A DNA stretch of 63,683 bases, counting the filler, from Dimargaris cristalligena (Eukaryota): assembly GCA_003614675.1 (NCBI GenBank). It is 2 parts of 2 records of this genome, joined end to end, with 100 filler letters (N's around TTAATTAATTAA, not from the genome) between each part and the next. Parts side by side here need not be neighbours in the genome. Positions count along the whole stretch, not along the records: positions 1 to 31,990 come from ML002431.1; 1 more part is not named here. One strand, written 5' to 3'. Each line of letters starts with the position of its first letter. Positions within the stretch are counted from its first letter, which is position 1. A program made the translations under genes and the position numbers. Below are positions 1 through 12,770 of the stretch, piece after piece. The notes below the pieces were generated by a model. That model was given only the letters and a program-made list of their open reading frames with translations, had not been told where the DNA came from and searched no databases.

Positions 1-347
1 TTTTATTCAGGTTGCGATTTGAAGGGGTATTTATACCCCGAAAATATTGGGCAGTAAATATAATAGATGATTCTATCTACGCTGGTTCTGCTATTGTATA
101 CTTCAGATAAAAGGTAAATACGCTGCACTAATGATATATAAAGAGATAGATGAAAACAGCAAGTGATAAACGAAATATAACTATGATATAGAAGGTGATA
201 AATGGATATAGCTATGATATGACATTGCAATTGATAAACTAAGCTAAATATAGTAAAACGGTAGTAATTTGATTAATGGACGTTAGGTACATCATCGGTG
301 ACATCACCAAAGCTTAAGGGTGTTCAGTACCTGTCACAACAACATTC

Positions 348-465
348 AGTTGTGGCCATATGTCGGTTTCTGCTCCGTATCCCGTTAGATCTGCGAAGAT
401 AAGCTCCGAACAGTTGATTTAGTACTGAGGTGGGTGACCACTTGGGAATAGTCAATGCTACAACT
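348..465 (+). rRNA. 5S rRNA: 5S rRNA gene (single dispersed copy)
   Basis: 118 nt. The 5' end AGTTGTGGC pairs with the 3' end GCTACAACT (helix I). Conserved eukaryotic 5S motifs are present: GCCATA, ATCCCGTTAGATCT, GAAGATAAGC, TTAGTACT..GTGGGTGACCAC..GGGAA. A T-run follows immediately. Confidence 0.95.
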
Positions 466-469
466 TTTT
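465..469 (+). terminator. RNA polymerase III oligo-T terminator of the 5S gene
   Basis: TTTTT at the 3' end of the 5S sequence. Confidence 0.8.
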
Positions 470-636
470 ATATAATTTATTTTTACCATCTCTGAAAGCC
501 GTGGTTTATGAACGACTGAATGTGCAAGTATAGATATGGGGAATTGGATAGTTCGGTGCTCTCCTTTTACCGGCAGCTCCAGTATAAGCCTACATTAAGA
601 ACTCCTTACATTGACCCCCAATAATATGTACAATAT

Positions 637-772
637 GGAAGAGGTTCAACTTGGTTGTATAACGAAAAATCCGTTGGATGAGGCAAATAGTACTGGTTAA
701 AAATAAATATTCCACGGATTCTCACATACACGTATCATTTTTAACCTTATACAGCTGGTCCGAATTTCACCC
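637..772 (+). mobile_element. MITE copy 1 (136 bp, imperfect ~26-bp TIRs, 4-bp TSD ATAT)
   Basis: Left end GGAAGAGGTTCAACTTGGTTGTATAA; right end TTATACAGCTGGTCCGAATTTCACCC. Flanked by ATAT at 633-636 and 773-776. Clearly homologous to 29536-29672. Confidence 0.8.
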
Positions 773-1760
773 ATATATATATAAATGTGATGAAAAACTC
801 CTCAGCTGGGTCAAATGCAACGGGGTGGAATGCACCTCATCCAGCCGGGCGATTCTTTTCAGCGCAGAGTGCTACACAGCTGGGCGAATGTTTAAAGCCA
901 AGTCTTCGGGAATAGATTAAGCCGAAGCCTCCCCCCTCTCATCCTCTTCGCCGTATCGCCCTTCTCATTATACTTCCCGCAAATGGCCAGCTATCCGAAA
1001 ATCTGTATTTAAATTAAAGGGTATGGTTGGTTAATGGTAGCCACGGAGTCCCTGTGCCCCAGTCCCACCCGGCGCGTCTTGGAATAAACCACCGCCTACC
1101 TTGCATTGGTTGTTCCTTTTACCCTATTGAATTTTTGGGGGGTCCCTGATGAAGAAATACAATGAGGTCTCGTTAATTTGGCTTGGTCAAATCATTTTTT
1201 CCCTTTTTTATCCCCCTACTCTTATCCGTCGCTCTACTCATCCATTATCTGGCTTTTTAAAAAGTTATAGAAAAGGGGGGCGAGAAGAGGTGGGGCTGGC
1301 TTGAAAATGGTTCAAGTTGAATTCGCCACCTAAAATTAGATAAAAACGGTACAGGGGATACTATTTAGTCCGGTGCTCTATGCTCCGACTCCAACCACCC
1401 TAGTCACTTCGCCCCATAGTATTCTTGTATTCTAACATTATTCCAATTAGAGGTGGCATACAATTTTTACTCGTCAGCTTTGCTCAATATCTACCAGTTA
1501 ACCAGCAATTTTTACAATCCCGTTATATATAAATGCATATCCGGCCCACTTGTGCTTGTTCCTAAGCCATTCCCAACTACTGCTCAGTCTAATCCCAATT
1601 TTACGAACTACGGCAAATACTCTTACTTTTCGGTGAGTATACTTGTGTTTGCATAACCTAGGACCTACATTGTTTAATTCGACCATTACAGTGGGCTACT
1701 TCGTCTACTTCATTTTTTATTTTAGAAACCAACGCTTACCCATCCTGTATCAACAAGAAA

Positions 1761-3260
1761 ATGGTCCGGAGCGTAGTTTCACTAGCCGTTATCGGCCTGG
1801 TTTTTCCTCGTGCTATTTTGGGATACCCCTTCAATAACGGCCGCGTGGGCCCCAATGAATTCGTCCAGAATGGAAGAAACTCAATGGATTCCGAAGATAT
1901 GGTGGGCTCGAATACCCCCAACGATGGGTTCAAACTCGCGGTAAGTCATTATACATTTTCAGGGGGAGGCTGAACTCTCTCCTCGTCCAAATGCAAGGGC
2001 CTTTGAGTTAATTCCAGTAATTCAACTGATAGGCACTCCATCGTTATCTATGTTGTCCTATTATTAATTAGTAAACATGCTATACTTTTACAACGACCCA
2101 TATTGTTTTATGTTTTTTTTACCGTTTGCTAGGACTTTGAGTTTTTGGTGTCAGCCTCTCCATTATCGTTTTGGGACAGTATTTTAGCCGGTTGGAGCGC
2201 CTGTATCCCGACTGACTATAATAGCTGTTCAACGACCCAATCCAACCGTATTCCTTCCTCAAGTCGAAGTGACCCGTCTCAGTGTGCCCAATTCAGGCAG
2301 TTTTTCTCTGAGAACCGGCGTTTGCCCCTCCTAAGCGCTCAGTCCAGCCGCCCCGTCGTTATATTAAGCCAACTGGACGCTGAGGCCATGGCCACCCTCT
2401 TTCCGGTCACTAGTCTGCCCCGCGAGGAGCAACTCAATCTCATTTGGGTATCCGCCTACTTCAACCCCACGGCGCGCAACGAATGGGTCGAAACCTGGCA
2501 GAAGTACTACCTCCAGAATATCCAAGAAATGGGTGGGTCAGTATCGGGACTAGCGACGGATGCCAGTGTGACCTCCGGGAAACGATTTGTAGACCGGGTG
2601 GTGACCACCGCCCTGTGGAGTTTATATGTAACTAGTACCAGTCCGCAAGAGGAACTAGCGAACCTATTCCAGCAATTTGAGGGTCAAATCATCCGCCAAT
2701 TCCAGGCGCAACCGGAACTGGCCCAAGCGGCATTGGAGAGCCTCCAAAAGTCGGTGATGTTCATTATTACGCTAGCCTTCCGCCAAAACGATGAAGGCAC
2801 GGTCTGGGCCCTGTTTCCTATTCTCGATGAAGTCATTGACGCTCGTGCCGAAATTCAATTAGCGGGACCGACGCAGGGGTCGGTCGAGTCGGCCAGCAAA
2901 CTCATGGGGGTCATTGAGCAGTGCTACAGCAGCTCGGGCCCATCATCAGCATCGCCATCCGCGGCGGCGGCAACGACCGGGTCTATCCCAATGAACGAGC
3001 CCTCCGACCGGGCGGGATGGTGGGGTGCGCAACCTGAATCTAACCCGCCGGTGAAAATCGGCGACTTCTGCGCCCAAAATTTGTGGGACCTTGAGCCGTT
3101 TTACTTGGACAGCAAGGGTAACTTTGGGGTGAAGGTTCCCAGTATGGTGCTGGAGCAGGAGGTCCAAAATTACGGCTTCTCGATCAGCGATGCGACTCTG
3201 CCGGGCAGTGACTCGTACCCTATTGTCGATGCAATGAGCATGCCCTCTATTCAACGATAG
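1761..3260 (+). CDS. Secreted hypothetical protein, ~435 aa, 2 exons (1761-1940, 2133-3260)
   Basis: The ATG exon encodes a signal-peptide-like N-terminus (MVRSVVSLAVIGLVFPRAILG/YP). A GTAAGT donor at 1941 and CTAG acceptor at 2132 join in phase 0 to the 371-aa ORF. No family recognised. Confidence 0.75.
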
Positions 3261-6200
3261 ATTGGGAAATAGACCGGGACCTTGACCAGCTACCGCACAG
3301 AGGGAACGGGTGACTAACGACTCCCCTGCTGGAATGCTCGCCTAATTACCAGAGTTAAAATTATTTTTTCATTTATTATTATTATTATTATCAAATAGTT
3401 CAATTGTGTGCGGAAGATAGCCTCTATTTACCTTATCGTGTGTGCCCAAAGATTATTTATACTAGAAATTCAAAAAAAAATCGGGAGGTATTTTATGCAA
3501 ATAGGACCATTCGCTGTGATACCAACATAGTTTATTATTGGGTAAATGTATATCCAGTATAAATGAATTCGAATGCCTCAAATATCTTCAAGAATATATT
3601 GGGAAATTCGAAACTATACGAGTAACAATTTATCCGTAGTCAAAGAGTATGAACAAGATATTTATGGAGGCTTGGACTACTTCTATGAGTTTTTAGTTAA
3701 AAGAATTGGTTGGTCCAAACCATGTATAAACCCCTTAATTTAACCTTAACCATTCGGGTGCCGAAACTATCTCTATCCTTTACTATAATTGCTGGTTCAC
3801 CAAAAAGGAATGTAAATTCATTATCGTGGAGATGACATCCCTGCGGTCCACGCACTGAGCCGCTGATATAAGTGAAAATGATTATACATCCCCCTTTAAC
3901 TCCATGCCCGACTATATTTAGTGAGATATCACCAAGGCGGTGATACATGGATACCATCTACTAGAGCCGGTTAATGTTTTTCCCATGCGTGGCCCTTATC
4001 CGACCAAACCATGACATTGAAGTATTTTACAAAAAAAAACCAAGCAATAGCTGCGTCGAATACTTTTTGGTCGGGTACATAATGCATGCACCGGCAGACT
4101 CGTCCAAGGGCAATGTAATGAGTCATACGAACAGATGATACTGGTCTTGTAAACTGACTAAATGGGGATGATACATTATACTTGCGAATTGTCCCCGGCC
4201 ATGCCCAGTCCTTCCATTTTATATATTGCTGGGCTGATTTAACTCGAGCACATTATGAATAGAATTCTACGCCGGTTCTGTCACAGTGAGGTGTACCATT
4301 TGCCATAGCTATGTAGCAGTCCTTCATCATAATTATATTACATTCCACTGTGAAGAGGCCTACTCGTATATGTTGGATTTTCAGGCTAGGTGACTCGACG
4401 GCTTCTAGAATGCTGGGCTATTTTTTTCTAATAGAAATCCTTGCCCTAACCATATTCGTGCGGTGGTCATTTGGCAGTGCATGTGCAACTGCGTACTCGT
4501 TAATGCACGGTCACGCAGGAATGGAGTAAAGAAGCGATTCGGTCGGCAATCCCTCCGCCATCGGCTTTATTGGACCAATTGTAGGTACAAGCATCCAACA
4601 TTATGACCATGAGTCTTGGTGTGAATCAACCGATTGTTTCGTCAGAATAATATTTTACCGATGAACCACGGCCACCGCAGTTGAGGACGAGCAACATTGT
4701 ACGCTATATTACTATCCGATATGCAATGCCTTCGGCTGAGCCCAAATAAATGCTATATACATATTCATCTTCAATTTTTAAGATAAACATGCCATATTGT
4801 CACTGGCTGTTGTTTATGGGATTGCCCAGCTGCGCACTAAACAGATAGCCACCCGCTTATTAATGCCATTTATAAGCAGCCTAGTGTACGTATGGGCGTG
4901 ATGTCCCTCTACTGTCCTATTCTGGCACAGTCTATCAGAGTGATCGGCGCAAAGCTATTGAAGCGATCCTGTATCCCACAGTCGAGGACTGAATTCGCAA
5001 CTCAGGCCATCTAAATTCACATGCCAATTGTCATATTATTAGTGCCGGTTTAAGTGTATACTCCCCCCCCCCACTAGCCCGGGTAAGTATTTAGTTGTGA
5101 GGTTGGAGAGGATAAAACAAAAATATATTATATAAAAAGAGCGGAATAAAATTACAGGAGGGGGGATAGAAGGGTGTAAGTGGGTGATAAATTACAGTAA
5201 AAGGCTGAATTGGAACTGGGTTCGGTATAAATGGGTTGATAAATGGAATCGGAACCCTGATTCGGCAGGCACCCAAAACAGGCCATCATCGGTCTTCTCG
5301 TTAGTCTGCAGCATGTTAACGACAGACTATTTTTGGTCAAGGGAGTACATGAGCCACGCGTGGGCTAGTATTAGAATGTCATGGAAATGGGGTTTGGCTG
5401 TATTGAAGGGGGAGGGATATAGCCTCACCTGAAGGGGAATATTCATGAATAGAGCTAGAGAGGAGGGCTTTTAGCCATTTCTCTTGACCGCGCGAAGGTG
5501 TGCGTGTATGGATGTATGATTGTGGGTTGTGCACGTATATGGCTGTTGGTGATAGCGGTGGGGGAGAGGCGGCAAGACCGAAGGCGAGAAGCCCTAAATG
5601 GGGGGATATGCCAAGGAGGGACGTGAGGAAACTGGTGAGCAGAGGGGAGCTAACTAGCATGTGAGGATACTTTGGCTCTGGTGCTCTTTCTAGATGGGCT
5701 GATCTTGCTCGCAAATATTCGGGGCATCATTTAGTGAAGGATAGGAGGGATGGTTACACCGCGGTGGCCTGATTTATTTATTTTGGCGTAGTGGTGGTGG
5801 ACAGACGATCCACATGGGCTGACTATTACGGGCAGTTAATACTACTAATAATAATAATAATAGGGTATATGTGGTTCACTCTATAGGTATATTTCTAGGC
5901 ATATATAAATGTATATGGGTTGGAAAATGAGGGGGGAAAGGGTGAGAGATTCGCGCCGCCAGGGGGTTCTGGCAATGTCGGTTGACCCTCTGCCCCCCCC
6001 CCCTAATGCGGCATTATAACCCTCAAAAACCAGTTGCACAGACGACTATATTGAGGTGGGACACCCCCCACCGGCATATATGGGATACACCGCCCAACTG
6101 GCCAAATGAAGGGTGGTCACATGAGTTCAGTAGGGGGATTTTTTGTTCTAGTAGCCGACAATTTGGAGGCTCTGGAAAGAGTTGCAGGAAGTGGAATGCT

Positions 6201-8506
6201 AATCCTACTGGGGGTGTAGTCGGTAGGAAAGGATACAATAAGGTAAACTAATACAGAGCATGGGCCCCAGAATAGCTAGAGTTGTGCCAGTCAATTAAGG
6301 GAGGTCATTTCTTGGCTGTTGAAATGACAGTGTAGAATACCCCTAGTATCTTGGGCAGACCATTCCCCTCTCTGTCAGTCCAATCTGCCGACCTTTAGAT
6401 AGAGGCATTTTAAGTTTGACCAGAGTGCCCGATAATACTTATTAAGTGGAAGCCTCCCCCCTAATTTATGCCAACTGGTGTATTTATTGATATCAGTGGG
6501 GTGATAATCCCTTTGGCGTGACAGGAGGAATTAGCGAATGAAACTCGACCGGTTGCAGAAAATGAGTGGTTGGCTGTAGGTCTGGCGTATGCGTAAGCCA
6601 CACGGACTGTCACTTTTTATAATCCTTGCCCATTCAGCCAGGCCACATCATCGGAGGCATAACCCCTTATAATGAAGATCGAGTTATCAGTCAAATAGAG
6701 AGACTATTATGATGAATGATGGGATGCGAACTAGGTGTCCTATTCGGTAGATTCCAGGGAGGAGTATACGCTGAGAAGAGCGATATGGGGATTGGTAGGC
6801 CGGGATCTGCGAGCATTGCCACGCATTGTTATTTTTGACGGACGGAGGGTTGAGGAGAATGGATCGGGGCTTTTGCGCCGATTGGTGGGATTTTTCCGAA
6901 CTAGGCCGGGAAGAGCTCGATAAACATGGAGTGGCCCCACGGACTATCCCGGTGTTGTTCAGGGCCACCGTCAGCAAAAATAGGTTTGGTAACTAACTGA
7001 AACCATTGCTGTCGTATATGTATGTATCTATATGGATATGATATCTGCGACAGTGGGGTGGACTGGTAGCCGGTAAAGGAACGTGAATTGGCCGGGCGAT
7101 GGTTTACCGGGATTATTTACGTAAACCTTAAAGAGACCCAGCAACCCTCACAATAGTTCGGATGTTGTCATTCTTGTTTCCGTGTTCATTGGGTGATGTA
7201 TATAGTATGAGGGAGGGGGAGAGAGGGGGGGGTTCGATATCACCAATTTTTTAGGCCAGATGGTTACGTTATACAGTTAAAGAGACCCCAACCCCAAGAC
7301 TGGCAGAAGAACTCCCCCACCTGTTGATAGGGCAATTCTCGGAATACGGGCCGGGGAATATAGTTGAGGGTTAGAAGGGCAAGGGATTATTAGGGCTATA
7401 GTCTAATGAAAAGGGTCTCATGTGTGCAGTTGGAGCAGTGCGCGAAAGGCATGTATCATCATTGACCTTTGCCTTTTTACCCATTATATTCCTATTGCCG
7501 CGTAATCACATGCGGTTGGTGGAACCCGCCTTGATCAAGCGACAGGTGGTACGTATCAGGCCATGTCAGACTGCGCGGTCAATCATCTCCCTCTCTCCCA
7601 GCCCTACTCACCCGTTAGGCCGCCCTCCTTTCTCTCTTGTTTCTAACCCAAGCGCCGGCGGGACTCGCCCCTGGCAGGACCATTTATTACACACTCTACA
7701 CGAACCCCTCGGGTGTAGTGGTCATTTATGGCCCGGTTATGTTTCCCTTTGCTTTGTGTATCCCTGCCGTTTGGCCACACATCTTTTGGGGGGGGGGGGG
7801 GGGTTTCTGCCACTCGTATGTTATTTGGTTAAATTCAATGGCATGTAATTTGTGTTTGGCATATTTCGGATGGCGGATTGGGGCACAGCCACCCCCTCTA
7901 CTACTATTGGTTCAGGAAGCCCGGCGGGCGTAGTTCGTTGGTGGATCGGCGGTGGGTTGATATCGGCCTTACCCGAACCAGTCGGTGGTTGTCTGTATAA
8001 AGTTATAATAAAATGGGGTTTCTCTTCTCTCTAGTCGAAATACATCGAATTATAAAGATATTTCAGGGCCAAAAAAAGTGCAGGCAGGCGTAGTTCGACT
8101 ACTATGCTATTAACGCCACGGGTCCTTGCCAGGACTACTGACCGGCGTTGATGTGCACAGTTGGGCTAATTGCATAAATATAATTGGGAAGTTTCTCTCC
8201 CAAAACCCCATTGTTGTGATGCTTCACTATCACAATCCTTGTTTCTCACTCCTTTCTCTAACCATGTATCCAGCAGCACACTGCGTCTCCCCCTCTCTCT
8301 TTTATCCCTCCCTCGCCTCTCTTTCCCTCCCGTTTCGTCATCCCTGTTGGGCCAATCTCCGGCCGAATTCAACTCCGCTAACCGGTATATATAACTGCTG
8401 CCTGGCCCTGCACCCAAGTGATTAAGATCCCAACTGCTGTCTTGGCAATTCTCTCTTTTCCTCTCCCTTATGCTTCGCTAGCCCGCCTACTTTTTGACAC
8501 ATTCAC

Positions 8507-8567
8507 AAGCTTTTCGATACTTTTTGGGAGCTTTTCGATTAAATTACAATTAAGCTTTTTGATACTG
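8507..8567 (+). repeat. Three short direct repeats of AGCTTTT(C/T)GAT
   Basis: aagcttttcgatac, gagcttttcgatta and aagctttttgatac, spaced about 21-24 nt apart upstream of the GRAM gene. Confidence 0.6.
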
Positions 8568-9418
8568 AATCCCCGGGTCTAACCATATCGGTCCGAGTCA
8601 TCCCACCTACCGCCTTACCCATTAAGGCCCATCCATCCCAACCTCCGCGTATTCTTTACGTGCACCACGCCACCATCACCCGGCGGGAAATATCAGCCCC
8701 GTGCCTTCTTTTCCTGTACTCACCCACCCACACACGCGCTTATTACTATAACGTCACTCTCTCTTCCCCAACTCCCCCGGCCAAGCCCCAAGAACCTATT
8801 GGACAGGCTTTCCCGCTCACCCACACCACTCTCACATCACCTTTTTGTCAGAACCCTTTTTCCGGTTTAAATATCGTCTTTTTTATTCGCATTTTTAGAT
8901 ACTTATATATTATTCACTCCTCCTGCCCGCTCTGTCGGCCTGACTGTTACTACTATTCTAATTTACGATTCCTCACACTCCCCTGAGTTTTAACCTACTC
9001 TAACCCTGCTGTTTCATAACTGTCGTTCCAGCCCCACCGGCTTGTCTTGAGAAAGGGGTCCGGCACCTCGTGTCAGTCTTACTATCCCCTTCTTTTGTGG
9101 TTGTTATACCACCGCCCCCGGCCCATTGACTAACGACCGATTGGCTTCTTCTAGCTGCGTATATATCCCCCGCCTCCCCCCGAGCCGACGTTGGACCACG
9201 GCGTTCTAGGTTGCATCATTTTTTGCCTCTGGCCTTTTATATTCGCCCATTTAGCGGGCATCGCGAAGTTCTGTATTCGCTTCCGGCCTGCCCTTCACCT
9301 AAAAAAACCCTGTTATATCCTTCCTGGCCTATTTATATACGCCCATTTTTACTGCTTTCCATTACTATCATTGGTTTTTTTTATAGAAAATATTCATGCC
9401 TTCTTGGCCGTCGTAACT

Positions 9419-10966
9419 ATGAATCGTATATCCGACTTTTTTACTATTTCGCCCAAGACGCGGAGACGACTTTCCGTATTCCGTCGGACCCGGCCGGAGA
9501 GTCTGGCCGTCGAGGCGGGTCCCACTCCGAGGTCAGTGTCCGCTTCCACAGAGGTTAATGAGCACGACCTGGCCGCGGCCGCCAACCTCCGTCGTCGTGC
9601 TACCCTACCGTCCTATGAGTCACCGGCTCTCGTCCCTTCGCCCTCCCGTCGTAGACATGACCATGGTCAAGACCACCACGACGAACAGCAGTTTAACCGT
9701 GAACACGAACCTGCTTCCACCTCCACTTTAGCCACGGCCCACGCCACTTCGTTGACCGACCCCTCCCCGACTTTGGTCAACCAGTCGGTCTTGTCAAACT
9801 ACCACCTCCACCACGACCAGCCCCAGAGGGATGGAGGAGGAGTAGGTCATGCCGACGACCAGGCGACTGTGGTTCACCGCCCCACCTCCCCCGTCGGTTC
9901 TCTTTTATCCCAGTCTTCTTCCTCTAGTCGTCTCCGCCGCCGCCATACTATTAGCCGACTTCGTATTTCGTCATGGTTCGGCCGTAGTGACCCTCTCACC
10001 TCGCCCAGCCCTTCCATGTCGGAGGAACCCGGCTCTAGCGAAGCCCGGAAAATCAACCGGCGCCAGCGCCATTTCCGCCGCGCCTTCACTGAGCTCGACC
10101 CCCTGACTATCCAGTCCATGTTCACGAGTTTCAAATGCACCCTGGACTTGGATGTCTTTTGGAAGGGTATCTTATTCGTCACGCCGCAGGGTCTGTTCTT
10201 TTACGGGTGCCGCCTCAACCCCTTTGTGCAGTATAACCCCGCTTTATACAACACGAACTTGCCTGAAAAGAATCCTCACTCGCAGCAGCAATCACCTTCG
10301 CTACCACCACGACAGCAACCCGCCAATGGCCTCGGTCGCAGCGGATCAGGGACGGGCGGTGATTATTTGGGTGGGACCACGACCACCGACCCCTCGCTCG
10401 CCCCTGCGTCGTCCTCCTCACACCATAGTGGTGGGGGCGGACATTCGTCTTTACCCTTTCCCTTTGCCCTGCCTACTAAATACCCGGACTCCGTCCGCAT
10501 CTGCCTACCATTTGAAACGATCCGCGATTTCCACAAGGAGTCCCTGCTCGGTATCTTGCCCAATGTGATCCGGATCCGCACCGCCACTCGGCATTACATT
10601 TTTACCGGATTTTTGTCCCGCGACTCGACCCACCAGAGCCTGCAGGCGGCCCAGATGCAATACCAGGCCACCGCTAATGCCGCCCTCAACGTGGGCACCA
10701 TGGCGGTGGCTCTGCAGCATAAACCATCGGTTAAAACAAGTGCACCGGCCAGTCCTACCGCTACGGCCGTCGCCTCCCCCACCACCCCAGCGGCGGCCGA
10801 ACGTAAGAGTAGTCGGCGAACCAGTTCCCGGCGCCATACGAGCTCGGCTGCCCCGGGCGAACGATCGGGATCCACCCGCCGTTCGCGGCCCAAGTCCGCC
10901 TCCACCGCCACCTACCGGGACTCCCACCATAGCCAACGCGCGTCTGTGGTTAGTATCCAAGGCTGA
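9419..10966 (+). CDS. GRAM (PH-like) domain protein, ~515 aa
   Basis: First in-frame ATG of the 591-aa ORF. Motifs FRRAF..FKCTLDLDVFWKGILFVTPQGLFFY and ICLPFETIRDFHKE..GILPNVIRIRT..YIFTGFLSRD match the GRAM domain of Ysp2/Lam/GRAMD1-like proteins. Flanks are low complexity. Confidence 0.75.
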   Translation: MNRISDFFTISPKTRRRLSVFRRTRPESLAVEAGPTPRSVSASTEVNEHDLAAAANLRRRATLPSYESPALVPSPSRRRHDHGQDHHDEQQFNREHEPASTSTLATAHATSLTDPSPTLVNQSVLSNYHLHHDQPQRDGGGVGHADDQATVVHRPTSPVGSLLSQSSSSSRLRRRHTISRLRISSWFGRSDPLTSPSPSMSEEPGSSEARKINRRQRHFRRAFTELDPLTIQSMFTSFKCTLDLDVFWKGILFVTPQGLFFYGCRLNPFVQYNPALYNTNLPEKNPHSQQQSPSLPPRQQPANGLGRSGSGTGGDYLGGTTTTDPSLAPASSSSHHSGGGGHSSLPFPFALPTKYPDSVRICLPFETIRDFHKESLLGILPNVIRIRTATRHYIFTGFLSRDSTHQSLQAAQMQYQATANAALNVGTMAVALQHKPSVKTSAPASPTATAVASPTTPAAAERKSSRRTSSRRHTSSAAPGERSGSTRRSRPKSASTATYRDSHHSQRASVVSIQG

Positions 10967-12770
10967 TCCGCCCCCGGGTGGGGGGTGGAAACGGTAGGAC
11001 GCGACCCGGTTGTCTCTCCTGCTACTATTACCGCTGCTGCTGCTGGTGGAGGTGGTTTTACCCACCAGCACCCCATCCGTTCTCTGTTAACCCCCTTTGT
11101 AATGATACCGCCATGTATACGCACCTCCTCCCTACATGTACCCTTCTTTATTTATGTCTTTATGTTTTTTTCCACCGTACTCTGGTTGGACTTACCATGT
11201 CCGATTGAAAATTGCCGAATCAATTGATTTTCGGTTTATGGTGGCATTGACTGTACCCCACTGCATTTAAATGTCTATCGGCCTACGCCTACTTCATAAC
11301 AAGTGCCCAGTAAGGCCTTACATCTTTTTCATATCCCATGTACCCTCCCTCCCTCCCTTAAACATTATAAAAGAACCACACCCGTGCATTATAATAAATT
11401 TTTCTCATGCATCAATGCCCGGTTCGCGTTTGCATATACCGTCCACTGCAATGTACGAGTGTGGGCGATGCACCATCCCTCAATCGATCAGCCAATGTCG
11501 GTGTATGTATTACACACTCCCATAAAGTCCGACGGTGACAAGGTCTGCAAACCACGGCATATTCGTAATGCCCGGTAGTTAGGCATCTGGAACATGGGGG
11601 CACGTCCAACTGACTATACTCTGGTCAGCATAGGTATAAAGGTATTATATATAGCATAACTGTGCTTATTATATATATCACTATCATGTCGATCTGACTG
11701 GGTGCATGCCCCCACCAAACCCCCAACCGATTGGGGTAGTTGCAAAAGTAGTGGATTAGTGAATTTCCGCCAAGGCCGTGTATTAGCCGAAAGAATTAAC
11801 CGGATATAGCATCCCCTCCATATCCCTTCACCGCCTATATTCCTACGCCGCCTTTCTCACCCCCGTGGCATTCATTCTATGACCCGATGAGCAATTGCTT
11901 GGCAAAACAGAGAGGGGGGGATTATGGCTGGCCTGTTAAGTGGGACATTCGCCAGAATAATCCCAAGTTTATTTTAGGTGCAACGTAGTACAACATTGCT
12001 ATGGGCTGTAGTGACCACCAATCCGCTATTCCTCCATTGTACTCTGGCGGATACAATAGGAATACGCGCGCGCAGTGAATCCCGTAGGCTTGAGGGAAAG
12101 AGTGAGAGTCATAGTGACCGCATGGTTCCATTATCATAAACTATACCATTGGTGCAAGTGGTCCAGTACAAAGTCCGAGGGGGTGTTTGATGTTCAGGAG
12201 TTCATGGTGCCAATGAACGCCCTCCTCTACCCTCATCTCCTATGGGCGGTGGGTTGGTTAGTTTCCCCCATTTTCTCACTGCTGTACTTTGGTTTTGACT
12301 AGCAAGCCCCGATAGTCGGCAAGGGTCTTCACAATTGGCTCACCCTTACCTTGTAATGGGCGTTACCTCTACAACAATTCCGGGAAGGCTTGGCAATTGT
12401 TCAATCGGGGGATTTACTAATGGTCAATAGATACTGTCGATCTCGTGAGGAAGTGGGGGATATACCCAGAAATGCTTAACAGCCAATCCTCAGAAATATC
12501 AGTTTCCCCTGCACACTACTTCTGTTCCATAGGCTGTAACCAAACAATAGTTATGGAGTAAAATGAACATGGCGTTAATATTTTATTGGAGGGTGATAGA
12601 AGTGGTTCCGTTCATTTACCAATGAAGAGTGGTCTGAGTAAATAGTAAGGTCAGCCTATAGGGTGTAATGAAAACCCCTCACCCACCACTATTCTCCTCT
12701 TCCTCCACACACACACTCTCTCTCTTATTAGTAGTATTTTAGAGATGTAAAGGAAATTTGTCCCCTGTTT

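Noticed and set aside
3300-9190. Many short ORFs in the ~6-kb gene-poor interval
   Set aside because: Mostly non-ATG starts, with no coding bias, no motifs and no consistent splice structure.
9191-9418. 76-aa hydrophobic N-terminal extension of the GRAM ORF
   Set aside because: It starts at TTG in a eukaryote and reflects a T-rich leader; the first ATG is at 9419.
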